Of a stretch of 64,000 nucleotides of DNA, positions 46,000 to 57,732 are shown piece by piece. Made by a program: the position numbers and the translations under genes. Position 1 is the stretch's first letter, and each line of letters opens with the position of its first letter. The DNA comes from Leidyana gryllorum EB-2025a (lineage: Eukaryota > Protista > Apicomplexa), in the NCBI GenBank assembly GCA_048772705.1, contig JBLWGC010000104.1:806001-870000 (forward strand). The letters are read 5' to 3'. The notes beneath the pieces are model-generated. The model saw only the letters and a program-made list of their open reading frames with translations. It did no database searches and had not been told where the DNA came from.

Positions 46000-47247
46000 T
46001 TAAAGAAACACTAACATCGGGGAACACAGAATTGCATTCACTACCGCCCAGACGGCATTCTGATAAGGAAGGTACACATACCACCAGGACCCGGGGACCC
46101 TTGGGTGAAAGAACAATTCTTCATAGGTGGTATTGCCCTCATAAACTTACCATTTAGGGGTGAATACCATAGGCAGCAGTTTGACATCTTTCCAACCGCT
46201 GTAGGACAAGTTTACGTTCAAATACATCAGCTTGAGCGGTCTGCCACGATTATCACGGCGAATGTGTTTTCTTTCATCAGGAGTGAGGATCCGATCATTT
46301 TCAACCGGCCACAAAGCGAAAGGAGGTAAGAAGAATCGAGGGCAACCGACCAGAAGGAACTCAATCACGAGGCCCATAGTAATGGAAGCCAGAGGGAAAC
46401 AGTTGTAAGCGGATGGAGGCCAATGCCACAATGCCCAGCATAGCAGCGGGGTGAACCAGAGGTGATGACCACATGTCACTTTCTTGAACCAATGCTAAAA
46501 TCGCGGGTTCATTTCATCGGGAAGTTTCTATCGTGACAACCTCACCGTTTCCTCCCATTTCAAATAAGCCGCGACTCCAATCACGAATTTCCCTGTCACG
46601 GCCCATGACGCAACGTCGACATACCACAAGATTTGATCTGATCGCACATTAAAATCTCGAGAGAGTGATCCCTTTCGTCTTCACCCACCGATTGCCAACG
46701 CGAATGCGATACCGGAAGTCCACAGGGGTCGATTGAGCCACAGTCCTGCGGCACCGATCACAAGTCCAATGTTACAGCCCCACAGAGCTTCATAGATGTT
46801 TTGGAAGCCCAAGGCTAATATCCGCCCTCCGAGGATTGCCACATAGTAGGCTGCCAGAAATGTGGCTATTCCGCTGCGAATCGGCTGTCCTTCGTTGTAG
46901 TCGCCAGTTATTCCGTTGTATTTCCAGTATCCATTTCTGATACACTCGTCCACATCTGGGAATCGGTCATATGGGCAAGAGCCTCTATCAATAGGGGTGA
47001 GCCAAGGGGTTGTGAGAATGTAGTGGTTTACGACTGTTAAGACTGTGAAGAATACTGTGTACGATATCACGCAGGCTGAGATGGGGTGCCATGCCTCCAA
47101 CATCTTGGGGTCATCTGGGGGACCCCGATATAGCCAACGAATGACTTGTGGTAGATGTTTAGCTGCATCCCAATCCCATAGCTTCGTCAATTCCAGATTG
47201 GCGGCGCTGGCCTTTCGTTGAACTTTGGGAGTACGCGTTGAAGCCAT
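46000..47247 (-). CDS. Uncharacterised multi-pass membrane protein
   Basis: Spliced EALWGCN..DQILWYVD..GKFVIGVAAYLKW..GHHLWFTP..LNVNLSY; several TM helices. Confidence 0.75.
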
Positions 47248-47265
47248 TGGGACCTCAAAAATCAA
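47248..47265. promoter_or_regulatory. 18-bp head-to-head spacer (membrane protein / hypothetical)
   Basis: CAT-tgggacctcaaaaatcaa-ATG. Confidence 0.5.
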
Positions 47266-48110
47266 ATGGCCGATTTGTGGAGTGGATACGAGGACGCTTC
47301 TTCCTCGTCGTCCTCTGCTGACTCGACCCCAGCAGTAGCGTCACACTCCCAAGACCACCAGCAGCCTATTCCGCGTCGGGGGTCTGAGTCACCTCAACCG
47401 CCAGTTTGGGCTCAAAAGGTTGAGCAAGGCTCAGCACCAACCGATCGATCAATAACTACTGAACTATCAAATGAGCAGAATGTCGAAGTTCAAGATATTC
47501 AGGTGAGAGAGAGCGCGAAGGATCGGGGACACCAATATCACCACAGAGACGGGTCCACAACGCTTCAAAAAACCGAAGTGTCTTCTTTGAACAAGTGCTC
47601 AAGGATGCCCGAGATACTCATATTCGAACTGTGGGTGCTATCTATTCAACGCTGTCCTCTTATGGTGCGTATTCCTCTCAGCTCGGTTTGAATGCAGACA
47701 CGTCACTCTTTGAGGGCCCACACGATCCATTCGAGCACCTCGACACACTCAAGAAGTTCAACTACCACGGTATGTGTCCAGCTATTCCCAGCCACACTTC
47801 ACCGCTCCACCAGCCTTGAGATCCCTCGTGGAACAGTGACACTTCCGATCGAGGAGGAGTTGTGGCGTCTACTCGGATGGCTTTATCTACTAATGTGCTG
47901 AACAGCATTGATTAGGTCTGAGCGGGGGGTCACACATCACCAGCGGCCAACTGTGCACTCCGCTGACCACCGCGGCGACCAGCTTTGGGAGCGTGGTCAG
48001 CCCACTCGTGGGTGGCCTTGCTGTCACTCGTGGGTAGCCTTGCTGTATTGTCCTCGCGTCAACAGAGCGGCGCCAATAGGATCGCGAGTGTCAGTAATTT
48101 GTTTAGAGGT
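47266..48110 (+). CDS. Hypothetical protein, weak resemblance to SAP30BP/HCNGP
   Basis: MADLWSGYED start; spliced core IRTVGAIYSTL..QLGLN..LFE loosely resembles FRNPSIYEKL..ELGTN..MFD. 3' end uncertain. Confidence 0.4.
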
Positions 48111-48127
48111 TGAGCATATCCTCTGCC

Positions 48128-48699
48128 TCAGTATCTATATTTCGTTGAGTAATCCTTGGGTGAATTAACGAGACCGCGTCCTGAAGTTGGATGTGGATGA
48201 GAATCAAGAAATACTCCCAAACTGATCTCACCTTTCCGAGCGCCTCGATAAATCACTTCAATGATATCAATCAGCTCCTGTTTGTTGTTCATCGGCCAAT
48301 TGATCTTGTTGTTATTGCCGGTTCCGAGGTCAATCATCATGTGCTTGTTACTGAGAATGGTTCGGAGACGCACATTTACAGTGAGACAGGAGACGGCTTA
48401 CCGATAGAAGAACATGAGGGTGACCGCGTCATACAGTTCATACATTGCGTTGAAGTCGGGCACCTCAGTTGTGTCCACAAGATATATCACGGCGAATTGT
48501 TTGACTTCTTCAGCCACCTTGTAGAGCAGTTCATCCATTTTCATGCAGTCGTGATCATAATCGTGGCCGAACCGAATGCACTGCGACCGAGTTATGGGTC
48601 GATGACAGATCGAAGACTCACCACCAGTCGGTTCTCCTCACGCAGGATGGCCTGATCCACAGCCCAGCCTGAGTGAAGGTGTTGTAGCATGTAGGACAT
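48128..48699 (-). CDS. DIM1: U5 snRNP thioredoxin-like protein Dim1/TXNL4A
   Basis: MSYMLQHLHSGWAVDQAI..RFGHD..EVPDFNAMYELYD..NKHMMIDLGTGNNNKINW..RGARKGRGLV.SPKDYSTKYRY; 3 introns. Confidence 0.97.
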
Positions 48700-49078
48700 G
48701 GTTCCCGCGCGTTTTTTGAGAGTTTTTTGGGCTTCGAATATTGAGGTATGCAGGTGGCCCCTCTGGGGTTCCACTCCAGCTGCCAGGGAGCACCTACTAA
48801 TGGTGGCCGTTTTGATTGTTGTGTGTGTGTCTGTGTCTGTGTAGCGAATGGAGAAGTCTGAGTGGTGTGACCTTCCCCTTTCACCTTTGCCCGGTTCGTT
48901 CTTTGCCATTTGCCCCCCCCCGCGCAAAGGATGTGTGCTCGTTTATCACTCTGTTTGTGTGTATAGAGGGTTTGGGTTGGTCTGGTTGATAAGATCTAAG
49001 CAAAATTGTGGTATTTGTTGGCGCTTTAGATTTGTGGTCGTCACCACTGCAGTTTTAGTACTTTGCTACGGCTAAGAG

Positions 49079-49429
49079 ATGCGTGTTATTACTCTTATTT
49101 CAGCTTTTCTCTTGAGTACAGGTGAGAGCGAAAGCGAAAGGTGTCTCTATTGGCCTGAGCACCCAACAACAAGGCTTATTCTGCTGCTGGCTGCAGGTGC
49201 CCACGCCGGGTTTTCCCCCTTGAGTTGGTTGGACGACGTGAGGAAATGGGGTGAAGACCTGCTACATTTTGAGTCTAAAGAAGAGCCGTCGAGTGATGGG
49301 TTGACGCCGGCTTCGGCCGCGCCGACTGTGGGTGGCCCTAGCATGGCCCCTCGCTCTGACGTTCTAGACCTAAAGCAGGCAGCAGATAAGTATGCCCCTG
49401 AATGGCTTCTGCGTGGGAGCAGCAGTTAG
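49079..49429 (+). CDS. Small secreted protein, about 91 aa
   Basis: Removing the GTGAG..CTGCAG intron (about 49122-49196) yields signal peptide MRVITLISAFLLSTGAHA followed by GFSPLSWLDDVRKW. Confidence 0.6.
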   Translation: MRVITLISAFLLSTGESESERCLYWPEHPTTRLILLLAAGAHAGFSPLSWLDDVRKWGEDLLHFESKEEPSSDGLTPASAAPTVGGPSMAPRSDVLDLKQAADKYAPEWLLRGSSS

Positions 49430-49487
49430 GTTTTGTTTGAGGTTTTACCGTCACCAACTGTGGCTAAATTATATATAACATACGACG

Positions 49488-51843
49488 ATGGCACCCCACT
49501 CCACTGACAGTGATAGTCCCTTACTAGAAGCCCAACCCTCCCCGTGTGATAGAATATATCGTAAGTTTTTGGAGATCTGCACCATTCGGACCAAAGATCA
49601 ATCGCCGACGCACTTTCCAGGCGCGAAAGCATGCAAGCTGGTTGACCACGATGATAATATCAGCGACACGGATGCCACACGCTTACCGTGGGATGATACA
49701 TTTCAGTCAGAGTCAATTACAGAGAACATGCTTTCAAGAGTGAGGAACTTATTAACTTTTATTCTAGACTCTTCTTCCAAATATGTTGATACAGGAGCCT
49801 GACACTGCGCGAGTATCGCCGACCGCTGCTAGAAGGTCTGCACCCCGCAGCTCCCAATCGCTGCGTGGAATTGAACATACGAGTCCGCTGCTGCCCCAAA
49901 CGGCTTCCACCGTTGCCGAGGACTTCGAGTGGCGCAGCCCAGAGATATCACCCATGACAAAAACAACAAACATTGCGTACCGTGGCGCTCCATCCAATGC
50001 CATTAATCGAATCGTCAACGAAAAAGGTGGCATACTCGCTTGGCACGAACTGGAACGAGTCGCGTTCGATGGCGGTACCGTCTTCTGGACACAACTGCTC
50101 GCCAGCTTGAACCCTCAATCGGAAGACTGGGCAACCCAAGCTCAAGCTTTAACCACCGTTCGTCGAATATCACTACATCACCCTACTAAACTTGACACTC
50201 TTGTCAATCTTCGGCCAGCAGGACCTCTCATCTTGGCTCGAGTTGTCTCTCTTGCCGACTCCCTTCGCTCGGCCGTCGCACGCAACGCTATGCTAACTCT
50301 AAATGATCTCTTTCTCTTCTCTCCATCTCAGGTGAATCTCTCTCCCCCCCCCTCAACCTCTCTCATCATGCCCAAGGCGGTGATCTCGTCGACACACTCC
50401 CGTCTCGTCTCGTCTCGTCGACACACTCTCGTCTCGTCTCGTCGTCACACTCTCGTCTCGTCTCGTCGGCACACTCCCGTCTCGTCTCGTCGGTCGACCC
50501 TCCCTCACTCCCATCCCATCCCATGCTTCCGACACACTCACCCTTTGACCTTCCTTCTTTACTATCGGTCTTTGTAGGTAGACTCCGCGTCCGTGGTTGA
50601 CAGTGTGGCGCTCTGCCTGCGTAAATCCGCGGGTCCGGGTGGTCAATTTCTCATAGAAGAGGCAGAGCGAGCGTGGCGTCAAGTGGTTCTGGTGGCCGAG
50701 CATATGAAGATTTACACCTACTTAGGGACGACTTTGAGCAAAATCACGTGGGTGGCATTCCCATACCGCACATTGCAGCGATCAGGAAGTCTAATGCGAT
50801 GTTGAAGGCGAAATGCATCAACGCGCTCGCTTTCTTCTGTCTTCGACTTGCAGCTCCGGCACTGAGGGTGGTCAGCGAACACAAGGACTTCGCCAACAAT
50901 ATAGTCCGAGTCGTATTCAAAGTGAGTCGAGCGAGATTTATCTTTAATCTCAACGTACCAAAGGCTACGGGGGACGCGCACCAAGAGTGTCGCGGAGCTG
51001 CGGCGCGCTGTCTAATTGTGCTATTGAAGTAAGTTGTGGACGGGTCGCAAATCTAAGGAATGCTTGGTGCAGCTTGATTCCCGATTTGCAGCAGCGCTAC
51101 CGTTCTGCACTCATTGACATTGATCTCAGTCAAGTAAGAATGGCGAGTGAAGACACATGCTCTTCCTCTCTTTTTCCTCTCCGCAGATCATTGGTCGTAT
51201 TCGCCGCACCTCATTTGACGTGAAGACTCTGTACGGTATTTCGCAGCTGGAGGACTCCTACAGGACTCTGCCTCCCTGTGCAATGGCCGACCGGGCGCAG
51301 CTCAATCTGCAGATAATGTTGGATAACGTGGACTCAATCCTGAAGCGTAAGGAGGAGGATGGAGACGTCCCAATACCCTTGCGTTCGATTCAGACCCTCT
51401 GCATTTAAGTTCGACTCCCAGCGCGAGCAAGACAGGCGCAGCCAAAACTACCCGTGTATCGGTCGATCCTCGCAGTCACGTCGAGACGCCACTACGGGTC
51501 CGAGAAGGTCAATCAACTGCTCCCTCTCCTCGGGCGGGATCTGTTGTTCCCGTCCGTGAAGGAAAGGGGAACGACTTGGTGACTAGAGGAAAATCTCGAA
51601 CGGATACAACGACGACTAACACTCTCGGTTCAAGAGCCTCCGGGCGCCCGAGTACGGCGAATACCTTTCATAATAACGTTACAAGGCTTGCGAATCCGGT
51701 TTGTACTACGCGACCCACGACGCCGCTGCGAGTCCGGGACCTCACTTCAACTCAATCTGCGCAGCGCTCCCGCGCCGCCTCTCAACTGCGCACTGAGCAA
51801 GCGCATACGCTCGAAACACGTGGTTTCGATCCTAGTAAGTCCA

Positions 51844-51889
<46 letters not shown>

Positions 51890-52934
51890 TGGGTGTGGAG
51901 GGGAGGGGGCAGCGGGTTTGAGCGCGCGGCCCCCTACGTGTGTATAGGCGACGCAATCAGTCGCCACGTGGACTATTCCAGCGATGGTTGGAGTGTTTGA
52001 AGTTGAAGTGTTTTGTTGAAGTGTTTGAGTTTAAGTTTCTCCATGTTGTTCCATTGAGGTTCCATGCGCCCTCGCTGGTTCGCTCGTTATCGTATATTGT
52101 TCATCATACATACACTGATGCACTATCTATATTTGCTATCATGGTATGATGTGGTGACTTGTCGAAAGTCACCAACGACAACAAAGGCAAAGGTATACAC
52201 ACCCCACGATCGAGGACGGGTGTGAAATGATGGGTTCACCACATTTTGAAAAGCAGTGATGATGGCAGGGTAGCCTGGCCGATTGGTTGTGTATGTCTTG
52301 TTGTGTGAGATTCGTCGGGTAATAATCTATCATTCGTGATATGCATGTTGCAATGATAATTCTTCGATTCGTTGCTGCTGTGAGAGCCAACCAACATTCA
52401 TTGCGTCGTGTGTGAATCGTTGCAACACACGTCTTGCTAAAATCGGACTAATTATCACTTCATTCTATTTGCGCAGATGTCTCCAGCTGGTTGCCCGAGG
52501 AGGACGCCGAGGAAGATACGCCGTGGTGTACGCGGGGAGGCACAACGGTGAGCGGCCGCAGGACTCCAAATCGCCGAGACACTACGACAACTCGCACCCC
52601 ATTGCGTTCGCGAACACCGTTCGAGAGTCAGTGTCAGTCGAGTTCGAGCGTGAGTGCTGGTCGCCCCGGCGCGATCACGCCAACGTTGGCTGCGACGCAG
52701 AGGGCCTCGACGAGACCACGAAGCATAGTGGAGCCTCTGGGTGAGTGGGCAGAAGAGGAGGATGACAGTGACTGTGCAGCACCGGCGGTCACATCGGGCA
52801 CGACGGTACGGGTGCCCCGTCGGGTTGTCGGGGGCACTGCCTACACGTCGGTTGCGCCAGACCCAACGACTTCGCGCACGACGGTGTCCCCAATCGCGGA
52901 CCGAAGTTCTTCACTGATGAAGCGTCGTTGGTAG
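49488..52934 (+). CDS. TOG / CLASP-N domain microtubule-binding protein with basic Ser/Thr-rich tail
   Basis: EDWATQAQAL..VRR, DSLRSAVARNAM, QFLIEEAERAW, SNAMLKAKC, GDAHQECRGAA (TOG HEAT-loop motifs). Exon structure after 51400 uncertain. Confidence 0.75.
50386..50493. repeat. Intronic minisatellite of about 24 bp built from GTCTC pentamers and CACACTC
   Basis: About 4 copies of CACACTC(C/T)CGTCTCGTCTCGTCG within an intron of about 245 nt. Confidence 0.85.
51848..51883. repeat. (TG)18 microsatellite in intron
   Basis: Seen directly in the sequence. Confidence 0.95.
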
Positions 52935-54383
52935 CAAAAGCTGGGCGATGGGCGAGTTGGGAAATGCGGACAGATACGATCGCCATGACGCCAGGACCTC
53001 TAAAGTGGCGGCGGCGTTCGTGATCTGAGGCGTGAGCAACCAGGGGAGAGCGAGGAGTATCCCAACGAACGGCAGGCGCCACGCTTGTTTTTCATAGTTT
53101 ATGTCTCTGCATACAACCGCTTTGTTAAGATGAAGCAGGAAGGAGCGCGCGTGTTGGATGGCCTTGGAAAGATCGCGGTCTGCGTCCAGGAGGGCCAGAA
53201 GTCCAGCGGAATACCAAGCGGTCCAATAGGCAGACGGAGTCTCCTCTGACAATGAACGCAACCGCCCCTCATACAGGCGGACCAAAGACTTCTGAGCCCC
53301 TATTCGCTGGAAAAGTTCTCCAATATCTCGCTCTTCGTCCTCGGAATAAAACTCTGGCCGCTCGACATTACAACTTGGGCATCTCCATCTGTACAAGTTT
53401 TCATCATCAACTGAGGGGCAGATGAGAGCATCGCATTTAGGGCAGGGCAGTGGGCGCAGCTGGTCTGGAGCGACGCAACGGTCGCAACAGCAGTGAAAGA
53501 ACTTTGTGGCAGAGAGGACTGCTCGACGTGAAGGCGTCCGACCGAACGCTATACCATCGACAGTCAAGCCGCTCTCGGTTAAATACGAAAACGTCAAAAC
53601 CTCTCCTTTAGCTACGGGTCTGGTTACTGTGAAGGTCAGTTCCCAGGTTGTGGGCTCGAAGGACACCACCAAATTCGGTTCGCAGCTGTGAGCGAACTTT
53701 GAACCCAGCGGATACAGGGCTATATGTGTTAGTGGGCCCTCAATGTCTCGGTCTTGAGGCCATTGACGATACGAAAAGGCGCCATTATCGGGGTGTTTCG
53801 CTTCATAGAATCGACGGCGCGCCTTTCTCCGTGAGTGATTGGGACCCTGGCGAAAAGTTCGAAAGGCCACGGCATGGGCGTTGGCTAGATTGACGAGAAT
53901 GAAGTCTCTGGCGAGGTCAAGAAACGCTTCAGGCGAATTGAGATAGGCCTCAGCGATCCGTTTTTCGATCCAAACTCGGGTTGTGGGGTCATCAAGCAAA
54001 TCTTGCAGGGCTTGAATGACGGCTTGTATGGTCGGGTGGTTGGTGTCACAATCATGTATGGGGTTGTAGTAACGGTGAATATAGCGTCGAACGGGCTTCG
54101 AATTGCCCGAGACGCCTCTTAGAAACGCAAAGAAGGCCGCTGGTACAGCAGGCACGAGTTGCTGGTAATGTGTCGAGTCAATTGCAAGCCGACTTAGGCT
54201 GGATTCGAGATGATCGTTTATAGGCGTTGAAAAGTAGGGGTTGCTAATGGCACTCCGACCATTTGACTTGAGTACGTAGCAAACGTCCGGCAAGTCCTCC
54301 AAAACAACTTGACCCGGAATCAAGTCTTGAGCGGCAACAAAGCTCCTCCCATAAGGCGTGTTCGGATTGAGGAACAATAACAT
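52911..54383 (-). CDS. SET-domain lysine methyltransferase, SMYD-like
   Basis: YGRSFVAAQDL..GQVVLED; ALYPLGSKFAHSCEPN; RPVAKGEVLTFSY; post-SET FHCCCDRC; extra CPKC..CPSC zinc motif. Confidence 0.88.
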   Translation of the reverse strand: MLLFLNPNTPYGRSFVAAQDLIPGQVVLEDLPDVCYVLKSNGRSAISNPYFSTPINDHLESSLSRLAIDSTHYQQLVPAVPAAFFAFLRGVSGNSKPVRRYIHRYYNPIHDCDTNHPTIQAVIQALQDLLDDPTTRVWIEKRIAEAYLNSPEAFLDLARDFILVNLANAHAVAFRTFRQGPNHSRRKARRRFYEAKHPDNGAFSYRQWPQDRDIEGPLTHIALYPLGSKFAHSCEPNLVVSFEPTTWELTFTVTRPVAKGEVLTFSYLTESGLTVDGIAFGRTPSRRAVLSATKFFHCCCDRCVAPDQLRPLPCPKCDALICPSVDDENLYRWRCPSCNVERPEFYSEDEERDIGELFQRIGAQKSLVRLYEGRLRSLSEETPSAYWTAWYSAGLLALLDADRDLSKAIQHARSFLLHLNKAVVCRDINYEKQAWRLPFVGILLALPWLLTPQITNAAATLEVLASWRSYLSAFPNSPIAQLLLPTTLHQ

Positions 54384-54778
54384 GTGCTCCGAAATTAATT
54401 TGCCAATTAATGGAAGGGCGGGCCGTTTGGGGATGGGAACGGGGGATTGTTGAGCGGATTCGATTGGATGGGATGGGATTGACCGACCCTGAGAGTCTCT
54501 CTGACTTCCTCTTCTATTTTCTCTCTCATGCGGGTGGGAAATATACGTTGAAATCAGAAAGCTAACTAGGCGGGGAAGGGGGCGGAGCGTCGCGTGCGGA
54601 TGATCGCAGATTCAATTCCGAAGCCGCGCGCGCGCTCTTGGCGTGGGTGGGTAAGTGAGAGTGAATTGGTGACTGTTTGGCTTCGCTTCCACCGAGAGCC
54701 GCAGCAATATTTTTCCTTGGATAGCACACTCCATTTCGAGCTCGCTTCTAGGCGCCAAACAGAATAACATGGCAGGAG

Positions 54779-55159
54779 CTAGGGATCCCATCGTGGCCGA
54801 GGCACCGCCGATGGCTCGGGAGGCCGCATGAACAGCGGCCGCTCGAAATGGGGTGCCTCTTCTTCTGTCGTGCAGCAACTCCCCGATATGCTATTCTTCT
54901 CCTCCTCCTCCCCAGACGCGGTCGACAAGGCTTCCAATACAACAGGATGGATTATGGTTTCATTCTGAGCCTCCTCCTCTTTCGCCGCCATACACCTTAT
55001 GATGTTCAGTAATTCGGCACTTGCCTTCTCATTGACCGTGTCGCCATTCAGCGGGGTATTACAGATCAGATCGAGGAGCATTCGTCCTGCTTCCCTCCCG
55101 CCGTCCCTATTCTTGTGGTTGAGGTTCGGGAATACTGATTCTATCGATAGACTCTTCAT
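54779..55159 (-). CDS. Hypothetical small acidic protein
   Basis: Open frame from ATG 55159; no recognised motif. Confidence 0.4.
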   Translation of the reverse strand: MKSLSIESVFPNLNHKNRDGGREAGRMLLDLICNTPLNGDTVNEKASAELLNIIRCMAAKEEEAQNETIIHPVVLEALSTASGEEEEKNSISGSCCTTEEEAPHFERPLFMRPPEPSAVPRPRWDP

Positions 55160-55214
55160 TAAAGAAAATTGCAACTAGAACAAAATAAACTCTTAAACCC
55201 TTACGACATGCAGC

Positions 55215-56180
55215 ATGCCCCCGCTATACCCTTTTCACTCCTTCACATCCAATAGTCCCCCTCAACCCGTACTCTTGTCTATCTCCCCACACGGAGATCT
55301 CCTTTGCTTCTACCCAAAGTCCCAAGATGCACCCCCGTTCCTCGAAACTTTACCACAGCCGCAGGCATCTTTACCAGAACTACGCTCAGCAAACAATCAG
55401 AACAGCCAACCCCTATATGCCTTAGCCTTCCCCACCGGTCCACCTGACTTTCCCCTTCTCGTCACAGAGGACAAAACGACACGTGACGCTCTGTATGACG
55501 CCCTTCTCCGCACATACACCCGCGACTGGACGCTGGAATACCAGAACAAACTGTTGCGGAAAGCCTTAGCTGCTTCCAACCAACCCTTCCAACACAAAGA
55601 TCCACTGATCCAAGAAATAGCCCTCACACAAACGGTAAGCTGCATTACGGACGGACCGGTGATACAGACTGCGGCTGTTGCTGCTGCTGTGACCGTTGTT
55701 CAACGACGGCAACGTATTCAGCGGAACCTTTGATGAATGTCCTCAAATGTCGTGCCGTCTGTGTGTGTGTGTGTATGTGTGTTGTTCTTCGCCCGCCCAC
55801 TGTGACTGATATGACATGTGCAGTTGCTTCAAGCCACAGAGGAACGATTGATAGAGGTTTTGGAGGAAAACAGGCGATTAAGCAGCAGTACCAAAAGCAC
55901 GCGACGAGCGGCCATCTTCACCCGGGGAGAGCCTGTGGAAACAGAGATTGTATCTACTCCCACGGAGGTGGCTTCGCACCATCGATGCGGTTCCTCCAAA
56001 AAAGTGTCGCGAAGTGAGACCGCACCTCGTCACATTTCGGCGACTGTCAAGCCCCGGCCGCCGTCGCAGCTGTCGCGCTTCACCCAGGAACAGCAACAAG
56101 TCGACCCCCGAGATGTCTTGGAATACAAGAAGGGGTGGCTCCTCAATCAGCTCACCGAGCACCGGACTCTCCTCACCTGA
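55215..56180 (+). CDS. Hypothetical protein, PH-like N-terminus and coiled coil
   Basis: Exon 1 ends at a GTAAG donor near 55634; exon 2 reads LLQATEERLIEVLEENRRL. 3' end uncertain. Confidence 0.55.
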
Positions 56181-56253
56181 CAGCCCCAGCAAAGAGCAAT
56201 ATGGAGGATAGGCTGGACATTGAAATAGGCAGTTTGAGGGTGTGCATAATACA

Positions 56254-57629
56254 TCACAGATCTGAATTGGCCCAGGGGGAATCCGGAGGAAAGGTGATTT
56301 CGTGGACTGCCACCAGCAATCCCTTCTTCCAGACGCCGTCGATTGTGTACCCTCCCGGCAGTCTCAATATCCCGCTGCAACGTGACACATTTATTGCCGC
56401 AACGCACCGCCGTAGCACTCACCGTCCTTCGCGTCGCCCCGCCACCCATTCACCCTCGTAGACGCCTCCGTCTTCAGCGCAATGAAACACTCCTGTCGAC
56501 AAACCGAACATAGGCTGCGACTCTTCCACTCTCACCTTTGCCATAGCGTTTGTCTTCTTTCCACTCGCCTTCGTAGCGGTTCCCATTAGCGTAAATAAAG
56601 ACACCGTAACCACAGGCCCGGTCGTCCTCCCACTGTCCTTTGAACCGGTCTCCGTTCGCATATATAAGTTCTCCTTCTCCGTGCTTCTTGGCGTCGATCC
56701 AGTCTCCGATGTACCGATCTCCGCGACAATATGTTAAAGTTCCACGCCCATGCACTCGATCGTTCTTCCATTGACCCTCGTAACATTCGCCGTTCTGATA
56801 CTGTAAGATGCCGTATCTGACCGTAAGCCAACATACATGAGACGCCCGCCAACCTGGTACCACGCCTACCCATCCTTCATATCATTCAACCATTCGCCTT
56901 CATATATGTTCCCGTTCGGGAATAGGAAACGACCCCGGCCCTGCATCTTGCCGTCGACCCACTCGCCTTCGTAAACTCCCCCATCTCCGTAGAGGTACTT
57001 GCCAGTTCCGTGCATCTTTCCTGGACGAAACACATGACACTGCTCTCCTCGTCCAAGAGCCCTACCAGCTTGCCAGTCGCCTTCATACTTCTCAACGACA
57101 ACGCCTTTAGGGTTGACATAGCTCACAGTGCCTTTGCCGTGCCGCTTGTCATCTTTCCAGTCACCCACGTAGACATCTCCTTCGGCGTACTTGTAAGTTC
57201 CACGTCCGTGCATCTTGCCGTCTAACCAGTCGCCCTCGTATATGTCTCCGTTGGCGTAGATGAGTTTGCCATAGCCGTTGATGCGTCCGTCCTCCCATTG
57301 CCCTTCATACCTGCAACAACAACCGTAGTCGCCTCACTCGACAAACGCATTTCCCCTACCGGTTGCCGGAGGCAAAGAGTGCCACTCCTTGACCATGGAT
57401 TTTGTCGTCTACCCATTCACCGTCGAAGAGCGCTCCATCGGCGTACGTGAAGCGGCCCCGGCCCTCACGTTTGCCTTGCACAAATTCACCCTGTCCCACA
57501 GCTAGTCCGAACACCACACGACTTTGATTCACGCACCTCGTACTTCTCGTTGCCTGAGTATATCAACGTGCCATGTCCGTGGAAAAGGCCGTCCTTGATT
57601 TGACCATGATAGGCATGGCCGGCCTCCAT
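56254..57629 (-). CDS. MORN1: MORN-repeat protein 1
   Basis: Spliced [32 protein letters not shown]...[18 protein letters not shown], closely matching recalled Toxoplasma MORN1; about 6 short introns. Confidence 0.95.
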
Positions 57630-57732
57630 CTTGTCACAACTAGGTGGAAATTAGCTAATCACGGAAGCACATATTGCCACTAAGTTCGAGTGCATTGGAA
57701 AACGAACGCCCAAGAAACAACTACGACTGCCT

